In this document: one piece after another, positions 18,627 to 27,440 of the stretch
Layout: every line of letters starts with the position of its first letter
Position numbering within the stretch: position 1 is the stretch's first letter
Source: Acutalibacteraceae bacterium
Lineage (GTDB): Bacteria > Bacillota > Clostridia > Oscillospirales > Acutalibacteraceae
Assembly (NCBI GenBank): GCA_045588995.1
Contig: JAZNFF010000044.1
Coordinates: 6,174 to 70,173, forward strand
Reading direction: 5' to 3'
DNA length: 64,000 bases
Notes under the pieces: generated by a model
What the model saw: only the letters and a program-made list of their open reading frames with translations
What the model was told of the DNA's origin: nothing
Database searches by the model: none
Program-made: the position numbers and the translations under genes

Positions 18627-20261
18627 ATGCAGCAATTTATTGATGGAATTACTTTAAATGATGCATTTACATTGGGATACTATAATCTCAAGAAAAATGC
18701 TGATATAATAAATGATTTGAATGTTTTTCCCGTGCCCGATGGCGATACGGGAACAAATATGTGTCATACATTTTTTGGGGGTATTTCTTCTATTTCACCC
18801 CAAAGTAATATAGATAAATATATGAAAGAACTCGGTCAAGCCATTTTGCTTTCCGCTCGAGGTAATTCGGGTGTAATTTTCTCGCAGATAATATGCGGAA
18901 TGGCACGTGGATTTGCAGATATGGAAAGCGTATCTTTCAGTGATTTAAAGATACCGTTTGCTTGCGCCGTGGAGGATGCGTATAAGTCAATAATCGCACC
19001 AACCGAGGGAACAATATTAACGGTTATCCGCGTAGCTTCTGAATTTATGCAGGATAATGCCCATAAATATTCCGATTTCGCTTCGGGTTTTGAAGCGGTA
19101 ATTTCGGTAATGAAGGATGCTCTTGAAAAGACACCCGAAATGTTGCCGGTGCTAAAAGAAGCAAATGTAGTTGATAGTGGCGCCGCAGGGTTGGTTTGCT
19201 TTTTCGAAGGAATCCATTCCTATTTTTGCGGGGGTTCTTTAGAAGATGTTGAAGAGATAAATTTAAAGGTTTCTAAAGAAAACGCCATAGGCACCAACTT
19301 TGGACCCGATAGCGTAATGGAATATGGATACTGTACGGAATTTATACTTCAACTGATGAATTCCAAAACCGATATCGATAACTTTTCCAAAGAAGAATTT
19401 TTGAAGCCTCTTCAAACTATGGGCGACTCAATCGTTTTGGTTGTTAGCGGGGGAATAGTAAAGGTTCATATCCATACCTTTGCTCCCGAAGAAGTTTTGG
19501 CATATGCAAGAAATTTTGGTGAATTTGTCACTTTGAAAATTGAGAATATGTCGGTGCAACATAGTGAAACCGTAACCGCTTCCAAAAAGGAAAAGGTTAG
19601 GTATGCTATCGTTACTGTTGCTTCCGGCGAAGGAATCATCGATTATTTTTATAGCATAGGCGCTACGGCGGTTATAAATGGAGGACAGACTAATAACCCA
19701 TCCGTTGATGATTTTTTACTTTCCTTCGAGAAGTTCGATGCCGAGCATATTATTTTGTTACCTAATAACTCAAATATAATACTTACCGCAAATCAGGTTG
19801 CTAAGCTTTATAAGGAAGCAGATGTGCGCGTTATTCCTACAAAATCAATCGTAGAAGGGTATAGCGCCCTTTCAATGATGGACCTTTGGTGCGATGATGT
19901 TGAAGTATTGATTTCTGATATGACTGCGGGACTTTCCGAAGTGGTTTCTTGCTCCGTTACTACGGCTACAAGGGATGCGGTCATTGATGGCGTTGATATA
20001 AAGAAAGACCGATTTATTGGTATAAAAAACAAGGAAATTAAGAATTGTTGTGAAGGCCGTTTTGAAGCCGTAATAGAACTTATTAATACTGTTATGGAGG
20101 AAGATAATAAATCGGTAATAATCGTATTTTACGGTCAAAATGTAAATTCCCAGGAGATCGATGAATTAAAGGATTATCTGGAAAATGAATATCCCTTGGT
20201 GGATTTGGGATTTATTGACGGTAAACAGGATATATACGACTATATAATCTCAATGGAATAG
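18627..20261 (+). CDS. fakA: DAK2-domain fatty acid kinase subunit FakA (YloV family)
   Basis: 544 aa. It has an N-terminal DhaL/DAK2 motif (FPVPDGDTGTNM) and a C-terminal DegV-like/FakA domain. It lies directly after the two DegV genes. Confidence 0.85.
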   Translation: MQQFIDGITLNDAFTLGYYNLKKNADIINDLNVFPVPDGDTGTNMCHTFFGGISSISPQSNIDKYMKELGQAILLSARGNSGVIFSQIICGMARGFADMESVSFSDLKIPFACAVEDAYKSIIAPTEGTILTVIRVASEFMQDNAHKYSDFASGFEAVISVMKDALEKTPEMLPVLKEANVVDSGAAGLVCFFEGIHSYFCGGSLEDVEEINLKVSKENAIGTNFGPDSVMEYGYCTEFILQLMNSKTDIDNFSKEEFLKPLQTMGDSIVLVVSGGIVKVHIHTFAPEEVLAYARNFGEFVTLKIENMSVQHSETVTASKKEKVRYAIVTVASGEGIIDYFYSIGATAVINGGQTNNPSVDDFLLSFEKFDAEHIILLPNNSNIILTANQVAKLYKEADVRVIPTKSIVEGYSALSMMDLWCDDVEVLISDMTAGLSEVVSCSVTTATRDAVIDGVDIKKDRFIGIKNKEIKNCCEGRFEAVIELINTVMEEDNKSVIIVFYGQNVNSQEIDELKDYLENEYPLVDLGFIDGKQDIYDYIISME

Positions 20262-20268
20262 GTGTTTT

Positions 20269-21243
20269 ATGAGGAAATTTGTTGTTGATATTTATGGTGC
20301 AGATGCGGGAACCCGTGTTATAGTTTCGGGTGTTGCCGATGCTATAAAAAAGTTAGGTATTTTTCCCGTATTGATTGGTGAGCGTGATGAAATAAATCGT
20401 TGTATGTCATCTTGCGGTATCGCCGAAAATCGATATGAGGTTATCCATACCACCGATTTTATTACCAACAACGATTCTCCTTCTTGTATTTTCGGCGGCA
20501 GGGATGAAAGTTCTATTGCCTTGGCATATAAAAAACTAAAAGAAGATGAAGATTGTATAGGTCTGCTTTCTGCAGGAAATACGGGCGCTCTATTGGTGGG
20601 CGCTATGTGTCGACTCGGATTATTGCCTTCCATAAAATTTCCTTCCCTTTGTAGCGCGCTGCCATGCGCTAGTGAAAAATTATTAACCCTTGTTGATTGC
20701 GGCTCTATCATTGATTGTACCGCCAACGATTTGGTGCGATTTGCCAAGATGGGAAATGTATTTTCAAAATGTTACTGCGGTATTGATAATCCCCGCGTGG
20801 GACTTATGTCTGTAGGAAGAGAAGATACAAAGGGTAGCGCCCTTACTTTAGAGGCATTCAAAAAACTAAAGGAAACAGATATTAATTTTATCGGAAATTT
20901 AGAGGGAAGCGATATGGTTTCAGGATATGCCGATGTTGTGGTTTCTGATGGATTTTCAGGGAATATTCTATTGAAAAATACCGAAGCAGTTGGAAAAAAG
21001 GCATTGGAAACCGTAGAAAAAATCGACGGCATTGATGCCGAAATATTAGAAAAAATAAAGACCGCTTTACTTGCAAAATTTGATTTTAATTCCAGAGGAG
21101 CCGCAACGTTTTTGGGCACCAAAAAAATCGTTGTTAAGATGCACGGTTGCGCGAAAAGTGATACTGTTGTCGCTTCCATTGAGCAAATCTTGCGCCTTGC
21201 CGATGCGGATTTTTCAGGCGAGATGTCTAAAATGTTTTGCTAA
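20269..21243 (+). CDS. plsX: phosphate acyltransferase PlsX
   Basis: 324 aa. It shows PlsX-type motifs SAGNTGAL, DGFSGNILLK and KMHG. Confidence 0.88.
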   Translation: MRKFVVDIYGADAGTRVIVSGVADAIKKLGIFPVLIGERDEINRCMSSCGIAENRYEVIHTTDFITNNDSPSCIFGGRDESSIALAYKKLKEDEDCIGLLSAGNTGALLVGAMCRLGLLPSIKFPSLCSALPCASEKLLTLVDCGSIIDCTANDLVRFAKMGNVFSKCYCGIDNPRVGLMSVGREDTKGSALTLEAFKKLKETDINFIGNLEGSDMVSGYADVVVSDGFSGNILLKNTEAVGKKALETVEKIDGIDAEILEKIKTALLAKFDFNSRGAATFLGTKKIVVKMHGCAKSDTVVASIEQILRLADADFSGEMSKMFC

Positions 21244-21249
21244 AAAAAT

Positions 21250-21276
21250 AAAGACAAACATTTTATGTTTGTCTTT
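21250..21276. terminator. bidirectional hairpin terminator between convergent plsX and the GT2 gene
   Basis: Stem AAAGACAAAC / GTTTGTCTTT with a 7-nt loop. It is A-rich upstream and T-rich downstream. Confidence 0.7.
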
Positions 21277-21284
21277 ATATTCTT

Positions 21285-22307
21285 TTATTCCTTTGATACC
21301 GAGGCCACAAATATCATCTGATGCAAAAAATATTTTAGCGGCATACAAATTAAATATGCTATATTAAAGTTGGCAAAGAGTGAAAATTCGGGGAACATAT
21401 AGGAGAAAAGGCAACACATTAAGGTATATATAAAATAATATATAACGGTGTAAAATGTAGTTGTCAGATATTCTCCAAGCGGTATTTTTTTGAGAAAAAC
21501 AAATTTATTTAATCCCATATGTATAAGAAGTGATAATGCGCCAACCGTTGGGACTACAAAACCTATATAATTATTATTGAAAAACAAACTGCCTATAAAC
21601 ATTAATATTTCCATTGCCACGAAGGATAAAATGGTTCCGAAAGCCAGTGAAAATAAACTTTTATAAATTCTCACGGTATCAGCAACGGGGTTAAAATGAG
21701 AGGATGCATTGTTTTCGATATAAATCGCATCAATGGTAAGGGTGGTAATTTTAAGACCCATTTTGGCGGCATAGTAAAGAACATTCATTTCATAATCGTA
21801 GTTGCTTTTTTCAACCTCAATCATCCATTCAAGATGACACCGATTAAAGCCGCGCAGACCCGATTGGTTATCCGAAAGATATTTATTGGTAAGCAGAGTA
21901 TAAACAATTTTGGAAAGATCGTTACCAAACCTTGAGCGGAACGGAATTTTACCTTTTCTCTGGCGTACGGTTAAAACAAACTTATTTCCGAGATGCAAAG
22001 TATTTTTTACCCTTAAAACATCGGCGGGCCGATGTTGACCGTCTGCGTCGCATGTGATAAAATTCTCACATAGAGGCAGATTATCTTTAACATACCGCAT
22101 ACCCGCCTTAAGCGCCGCGCCTTTGCCGCTATTGCTAGATAGTGTTACAATATGTGATTTGTCGTTTATAGCGGAGAAGATATCTTCATAGTCCTTTCCG
22201 CTGCCATCATTTACTACTACGATTTCAAAATTGTTTTCTTTGAGTTCGTCAACGATTTCAATTAAACGATGGTCTGGCTGATATGCCGGTATTATAACAA
22301 CATCCAT
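21285..22307 (-). CDS. family-2 glycosyltransferase fused to a C-terminal GtrA-like 4-TM domain
   Basis: 340 aa. Reads VVIIPAYQP...VVVNDGS...CDADGQH (GT-A, DxD-type). The C-terminal ~120 aa form about four hydrophobic helices, GtrA-like. Confidence 0.8.
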   Translation of the reverse strand: MDVVIIPAYQPDHRLIEIVDELKENNFEIVVVNDGSGKDYEDIFSAINDKSHIVTLSSNSGKGAALKAGMRYVKDNLPLCENFITCDADGQHRPADVLRVKNTLHLGNKFVLTVRQRKGKIPFRSRFGNDLSKIVYTLLTNKYLSDNQSGLRGFNRCHLEWMIEVEKSNYDYEMNVLYYAAKMGLKITTLTIDAIYIENNASSHFNPVADTVRIYKSLFSLAFGTILSFVAMEILMFIGSLFFNNNYIGFVVPTVGALSLLIHMGLNKFVFLKKIPLGEYLTTTFYTVIYYFIYTLMCCLFSYMFPEFSLFANFNIAYLICMPLKYFLHQMIFVASVSKE

Positions 22308-22322
22308 TAATAATAACCTTCT

Positions 22323-23273
22323 TTATCTCGTGTTTTTAATTAAAAATTTATTTATTTCATCCATTAAATTGTCATCCGCAGAACCGTCTTTGGAAAACAA
22401 TAAATCTGTGTGTCCTGAATTTTCGGGGGCAGTACATAAAAGATATTCTGTTTTATCGTTCTTAATTTTATCTTTGTGGGAAAAAATTGAGTGCTTATCT
22501 ATAGGTATGGATTCGTCATTTTCGCCGTGTATAATCAATGCGGGAACATTGCTTTCAGATAAAACTTTATCTGCGGATAGGTTAACTGTTTTACTGCCGA
22601 AAAGCGAAACTTGATATAACCATAAAAATCCGTAATTCGTATAGGCAAGATTTCCGATATATCGGGAACTTGAGCCGATAATTCCGTCCATAGCGCTGTT
22701 AATACCGCTTATTGAAACTACGGCGGAAATATCGTATCCGTATGATAAAGCGCAACAAGCGGCATATCCGCCGCGGCTATGTCCCATAAGAACTATTTTA
22801 TTATAATCTAACCTGTTTTGGTTTTCTATAAATTCAATGGTTGCTTTTAAATCCAGAATTTCTTGCGGAAATCCAATAGCGGAGTCACCGTCGGATGTGC
22901 AACTACCCGTTGGGTTGAAGGCAAAAACCGACCAACCGCATTCAAGCAGTTCGTATATCTGCCATAAATAGTTATCGGAACAAGCGTAATGACCGGGCGC
23001 CAGAATAATAAGAGTATCGTTTTTATCCCGCGCAACGCTTTTATACAGATAGCCCGAAAGCATATTATTGCCCGATGGATACCTATAATCCTTTCTGGAT
23101 GCGACCAACTGTTTGATTTCATCTGAATCAATATCTATATTGCATTCGTACCGTGTGAAAACGCTATCGTAAATAATTTTTGTAGCAGTAAAGGATAATA
23201 ATATAAATATTAAAGCGGCAATAATAATGATTTTCAACACCTTTTTGTTTTTGTTGGTTATCATTATTATCAC
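22323..23273 (-). CDS. membrane-anchored alpha/beta-fold hydrolase (Ser nucleophile)
   Basis: 316 aa with an N-terminal TM helix. The elbow is LMGHSRGG, followed by HGENDE and NSGHTD. Its architecture matches the hydrolase at 15646-16599. It sits 15 nt upstream of the GT2 gene. Confidence 0.75.
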   Translation of the reverse strand: MIIMITNKNKKVLKIIIIAALIFILLSFTATKIIYDSVFTRYECNIDIDSDEIKQLVASRKDYRYPSGNNMLSGYLYKSVARDKNDTLIILAPGHYACSDNYLWQIYELLECGWSVFAFNPTGSCTSDGDSAIGFPQEILDLKATIEFIENQNRLDYNKIVLMGHSRGGYAACCALSYGYDISAVVSISGINSAMDGIIGSSSRYIGNLAYTNYGFLWLYQVSLFGSKTVNLSADKVLSESNVPALIIHGENDESIPIDKHSIFSHKDKIKNDKTEYLLCTAPENSGHTDLLFSKDGSADDNLMDEINKFLIKNTR

Positions 23274-23308
23274 CTCTTTTATGTGTTTTAAATCAAAGGG
23301 GAGAGAGA

Positions 23309-24286
23309 ATGAGATACATTCCGAATTATGAACTGAACATTATTAATGAAGATGAATTTCCCGCCGCTATAAAGAAAATCGAGGAAAAACTTGAGCAAAT
23401 CAAGGTAAGCGGTACCTTTACCGCATTTGACGGTATAAATATTTCCTACGAATATTTTTTGGCGGAAAACAGTAACGCTTCGGTAGTTATTGTCCACGGG
23501 CTCAGTGAATTTACAAGAAAATTCTATGAGTTTATTTATTATCTTCTAAATATGGGATTGAACGTTTTTATTTACGATCAGCGTTGTCACGGGCTTTCAG
23601 ATAGATTGACCGATAATATAGAACTTCTGCACGTTGATGATTTTGATGATTATGTAAAAGACCTTTCGCAGTTTATTGATGAGGTTGTGCTAAAAACTGA
23701 GGATAAACCGCTATATCTATATTCCAATTCTATGGGCGGCGCAATAAGCGCACTGTATTTGTCCCAAAATTCATCGAAAATAGAAAAGGCCATACTTGCA
23801 GTGCCTATGTTTGAACCTATTGTCGATTATGTTCCGATGTCTATTGCCCGCATGGGTGTTGCGGTCGGGAAATTAGTTTATGGCGGAAAAACCAAATTTC
23901 TTTTAACAAAAGATTTTAATCCCAATGTTCAGTATAGGGTAGAGCATGGCTCGAGTCGAGCAAGATTCGAGCATAATATGGATTTGCGAAGAGAAAATCC
24001 TAATTATCGTTCAACTCCGATGTCTTTTGGTTGGATTTATAATTCGTTGACGGTTAAAAGAAGAATTTTTAGGCTAAAGATTATCAATGAAATCAAAACG
24101 CCGATTCTGATAATTTCAGCAGAAAAAGATGCTACAGTAAATAACAAACTTCATTATAAGTTTTTAAATAAATGTAAAAACTGCAGGTTAGAGAATATAG
24201 AAAATTCTGCCCACTCAATATTAGTTAACGATATAGAAACTATGAGTAGGATAATGAATCTTATTTTTGAGTTTTATTCGAAGTAG
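23309..24286 (+). CDS. alpha/beta hydrolase, lysophospholipase/monoacylglycerol-lipase-like (PldB-like)
   Basis: 325 aa. Reads VIVHGLSEF...DQRCHGLSD, elbow SNSMGG, then SAEKDATV and NSAHS. RBS GGGGAGAG lies upstream. Confidence 0.75.
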   Translation: MRYIPNYELNIINEDEFPAAIKKIEEKLEQIKVSGTFTAFDGINISYEYFLAENSNASVVIVHGLSEFTRKFYEFIYYLLNMGLNVFIYDQRCHGLSDRLTDNIELLHVDDFDDYVKDLSQFIDEVVLKTEDKPLYLYSNSMGGAISALYLSQNSSKIEKAILAVPMFEPIVDYVPMSIARMGVAVGKLVYGGKTKFLLTKDFNPNVQYRVEHGSSRARFEHNMDLRRENPNYRSTPMSFGWIYNSLTVKRRIFRLKIINEIKTPILIISAEKDATVNNKLHYKFLNKCKNCRLENIENSAHSILVNDIETMSRIMNLIFEFYSK

Positions 24287-24899
24287 ATTCCTGCGCTTGT
24301 GAAATTCTTTTGGCTTCATCAAAAGCGGCTCTGAAAATCGCTTCTATTATTCTCACGACTTTAACGCAAATCACAACATCAAAAGAATAAGAACTTTCTT
24401 TGGCTTCATAATCGCAGGAGATATTTATTTTTTCGCCTCTGGGCCTTACCTTAATTACAGAGCGCAAAAGGCCAAGTAGCGGGCATACAACGGCGTAGCA
24501 CATACCGTAATTCATAGCGGTTTGAGCCGCATCTTCATCCGCGCAAATAATATCAATATGCAGGGTTTTTACGGAGCAGTATTTTAACAGTTGAAGTAAT
24601 CGCTTTAGCAGACCGATGATAAGCGAGAAACTATCCTTGAAATTTTCGAGCATTCCGATTTTTTCGGAATTGTTTTGGAAGTTTTTCTTATCAAGTCGGG
24701 TAACGCCGAGCGTTTGTTTCAGAACCTTTATAATAGGTTGGTTGGGATCGGGATCTTCGCCAAATGTTTTCCAAAGAATTTTATATCTGATTATTACTTC
24801 ATCGTTTTCATCGGTTTTGATGATAATGTAAACGGGCAAAAGCAAAATAATGGTTATAAGAATAACTATAAATGCAAGTATTCCCAGGAAAATATACAT
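24261..24899 (-). CDS. hypothetical N-terminally anchored membrane protein (possibly DUF2953-like)
   Basis: It has an N-terminal TM helix (YIFLGILAFIVILITIILLLPV) and no recognisable catalytic motif. The ATG at 24899 is preferred because GGTGG lies 8 nt upstream. Its 3' end overlaps the convergent hydrolase gene by 26 nt. Confidence 0.5.
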   Translation of the reverse strand: MYIFLGILAFIVILITIILLLPVYIIIKTDENDEVIIRYKILWKTFGEDPDPNQPIIKVLKQTLGVTRLDKKNFQNNSEKIGMLENFKDSFSLIIGLLKRLLQLLKYCSVKTLHIDIICADEDAAQTAMNYGMCYAVVCPLLGLLRSVIKVRPRGEKINISCDYEAKESSYSFDVVICVKVVRIIEAIFRAAFDEAKRISQAQESTSNKTQK

Positions 24900-24953
24900 A
24901 GCGTTCACCACCGATTCGTATCAATAAAAGTAAAATAGTTAGGGGGGATAGGT

Positions 24954-25508
24954 TTGCAATGGCAAATAGGTAGAATTGCGGATATTGATAATAAGTGTTA
25001 CGAGGAAATTTATTTAAATCTTTCCGCATCAAGAAAGGCGCATATCGATAAAATGAAAAAGGAAGATGCCAAAAAATCTTCCCTTTTGGCTACACATATT
25101 ATGAACTGCCTTCTCGAAAAAAGCGGAACTAAAAATGCCATACTTGAAACTGATGAAAAGGGCAGACCTTATCTCAAAGGAAGCGATATGTTTATAAGCA
25201 TATCCCATAGTTGCGATATGGTTGCTTGCGCCATAGATAATAAACCCATCGGCATTGATATAGAAAAAATCAAACCCGTAACCGAGAAATTTATTAAATT
25301 CGTATGCACCGAATCAGAGCAAGAGTATATTTTGGACGAAAATTTGACCGATTCTGAAAAATCGCAAAGATTTTTTGAAATTTGGACCGCCAAAGAGGCC
25401 GTTTTCAAACAAAATGAGACCGCTAGCGGTATCCGAGCCATAGATACTATGAATATGGAAAAACAAACCTTCACCGTTGATGGTTATCAGGTAACAATAG
25501 TAATATAA
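24954..25508 (+). CDS. Sfp-type 4'-phosphopantetheinyl transferase
   Basis: 184 aa with a TTG start after GGGGGG. Reads ISISHS, PIGIDIEK (metal-binding Asp/Glu) and WTAKEAVFK, the Sfp-family signature motifs. Confidence 0.85.
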   Translation: MQWQIGRIADIDNKCYEEIYLNLSASRKAHIDKMKKEDAKKSSLLATHIMNCLLEKSGTKNAILETDEKGRPYLKGSDMFISISHSCDMVACAIDNKPIGIDIEKIKPVTEKFIKFVCTESEQEYILDENLTDSEKSQRFFEIWTAKEAVFKQNETASGIRAIDTMNMEKQTFTVDGYQVTIVI

Positions 25509-25913
25509 TTATTTTTTCAGTTTTTTGCGGATTTCAGAGCGTACGCTCTCTACAAAAGACGAAGTATTTGTGCCGAAAACACAACTGTTTACAAAATGTT
25601 CGCAGTTATTATAAAGAATATCATAACCGCCCTCTCCGATACGCGAGCGGGCGATTTTTATTATTTCCTTTGGGCTTCTCATCCGCTTTTTTTCTTCTCT
25701 TGCGGGAATAGCGGTTTCAAGTTCGCCGCCGCCTAAAAAGGTGATAATATCGGTGGCGATGACCCTAATATTTTCAGATAGGTTAGAGGGGGCATTCGGA
25801 AGACCAAACTGTATTATCTCATCATCACTGATAAAAATGCCGTAATGATAATAAAAACTAACCTTAGTTCTTATGATTTGCGAGGGTTTAGGTAGTTTAT
25901 CCGACCATATCAT
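25509..25913 (-). CDS. LRAT/PLAAT-family (NlpC/P60 superfamily) papain-like acyltransferase/phospholipase homologue
   Basis: 134 aa. The His box is YHYGIFISD and the catalytic Cys sits in the hallmark NCEHF motif. Its start overlaps the upstream carrier gene by 4 nt (ATGA). Confidence 0.8.
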   Translation of the reverse strand: MIWSDKLPKPSQIIRTKVSFYYHYGIFISDDEIIQFGLPNAPSNLSENIRVIATDIITFLGGGELETAIPAREEKKRMRSPKEIIKIARSRIGEGGYDILYNNCEHFVNSCVFGTNTSSFVESVRSEIRKKLKK

Positions 25914-26152
25914 AAATCGGCCTTCTTTTCAATAAGCAAAATCACATCGCCCACGGTGGCAATCTTTGTAAAATCGTCGTTGGAAAATTTTATACCAAAC
26001 TCCTCTTCAATGGCAAGGGCCATATACAAAATACCAATGGAGTTTAGGTTTATATCTGTTATAAGGTTTGATTCAGGCGTGATTTTAGAAATATCAATAT
26101 CATCATCAAAAACCGCGGTACAAACTTCAAGTAGTTTTTCAAATGTGTTCAT
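25910..26152 (-). CDS. stand-alone acyl/peptidyl carrier protein
   Basis: 80 aa, acidic. The candidate phosphopantetheine attachment Ser lies in DINLNSIGILYMALAIEEEFG, at the start of helix II. Confidence 0.8.
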   Translation of the reverse strand: MNTFEKLLEVCTAVFDDDIDISKITPESNLITDINLNSIGILYMALAIEEEFGIKFSNDDFTKIATVGDVILLIEKKADL

Positions 26153-26155
26153 AAA

Positions 26156-27439
26156 TTATCCTCCGATTTTATTGCTGTAAGCCGATTTACAACGGTTAAT
26201 TTCATCAAGTAAAAGCCGTGTTACATTTTGAATATCGGTGGTACTTGGAAATTTTTTAGAAGAAATATCTTTTGGGTTTACGGCGTTGCCGATAAAAACC
26301 GTTCTACTTTTATACCAATGTTCGCGAGGTACAATATACATTGGTATAATCGGTACACCCGCGCGAAACGCCATAAGTACGGCTCCCGATTTTATAGAAT
26401 CGATATCATCTTCTCTATGTATTTCTCCTTGGGGGAATACGGTCAATAAATACTGCTTTTTTAGTTTGTCTACAGATTTATTGATGGCTTCAATATCTGT
26501 GCTTTGTCGGTCTATTTTTATTGCTCCAACGCCCTTAAGCAACAGGGCGCGAAGTTTACCCTTCATAACTATTTCGGCAACCAAAAAGTGCATTCTTCTA
26601 TACCAAAATGTTATGCCTACGATAAATGGGTCGAAAAACGAGGTGTGATTGGCGGTGATTATGGCTCCGCTTTTAATTTTTTGGGTGTATTTTTCTCCGT
26701 CGGGTGTCAGTCGTTTTATACGAACTATTGGCAATAAAACGCTGCATACCAAACGGGCAATGTCCATTGGTATGTGTTTTAAATTAAATAAAGGGTGTTT
26801 ATTCTGCATTATTTCCATTTCGCCCTTTAATTCGTGAACCTTTTGTTCCATAATTTTAGTAAGATGGGTAATCTGCTCTTGGCTGTCTTGCTTTTCACTG
26901 TCACAGTAATTAGCCGCATAAATGGGTTTTCCTATGCAAACGTGCGCCCGTTTAAATAGTCCGTAATTTCCATCGGTATAAACGGGAATTATGGGTGCAT
27001 CGGAATGCAGAGCTATAAAGGCCGTGCTGGTGGTGAAAGGCCAGGGTTTGTTATTTATGGGCAAACGGGCTTCAGGGAAAACTCCGATGGCGCCTCCTTT
27101 ATCCAAAACCTCAATGGCTTCAGACATAAAGGAAAATTCTCGCTCATCCCGTTCTACCTTGATTCCTCCCCAAGAATTCAATAGGAAAGAAAAGAATCCA
27201 CCCTTATTATAAAGCACTTCGGCTATCAAAAAATGTATGGTTCTGAAGGGAAATACAAGTAAATAAAGCACAAAGTCAAGAAGAGATTTGTGGTTAGATA
27301 CCAATATGCAATTTTTAGGCAAACGGCGTTTAGCGCCATCTTGCACATAAACCTTTGGCTTTAAAAATAAGAGGGCGGGGAAAATGCCTGTTATTTTAGT
27401 AAAAAGCAGAAATAAATTAATAAACCATTTGTTTTTCAT
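26156..27439 (-). CDS. tandem (double) PlsC/LPLAT-family acyltransferase
   Basis: 427 aa with two complete modules. Module 1 has HX4D NHKSLLD and FPEARL. Module 2 has HX4D NHTSFFD and FPQGEI. The N-terminus is hydrophobic. Confidence 0.85.
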   Translation of the reverse strand: MKNKWFINLFLLFTKITGIFPALLFLKPKVYVQDGAKRRLPKNCILVSNHKSLLDFVLYLLVFPFRTIHFLIAEVLYNKGGFFSFLLNSWGGIKVERDEREFSFMSEAIEVLDKGGAIGVFPEARLPINNKPWPFTTSTAFIALHSDAPIIPVYTDGNYGLFKRAHVCIGKPIYAANYCDSEKQDSQEQITHLTKIMEQKVHELKGEMEIMQNKHPLFNLKHIPMDIARLVCSVLLPIVRIKRLTPDGEKYTQKIKSGAIITANHTSFFDPFIVGITFWYRRMHFLVAEIVMKGKLRALLLKGVGAIKIDRQSTDIEAINKSVDKLKKQYLLTVFPQGEIHREDDIDSIKSGAVLMAFRAGVPIIPMYIVPREHWYKSRTVFIGNAVNPKDISSKKFPSTTDIQNVTRLLLDEINRCKSAYSNKIGG

Positions 27440-27440
27440 A

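Noticed and set aside
21071-21367. 98-aa plus-strand ORF spanning the plsX 3' end, the terminator and the GT2 3' end
   Set aside because: It overlaps two supported genes and crosses a terminator hairpin, so it is spurious.
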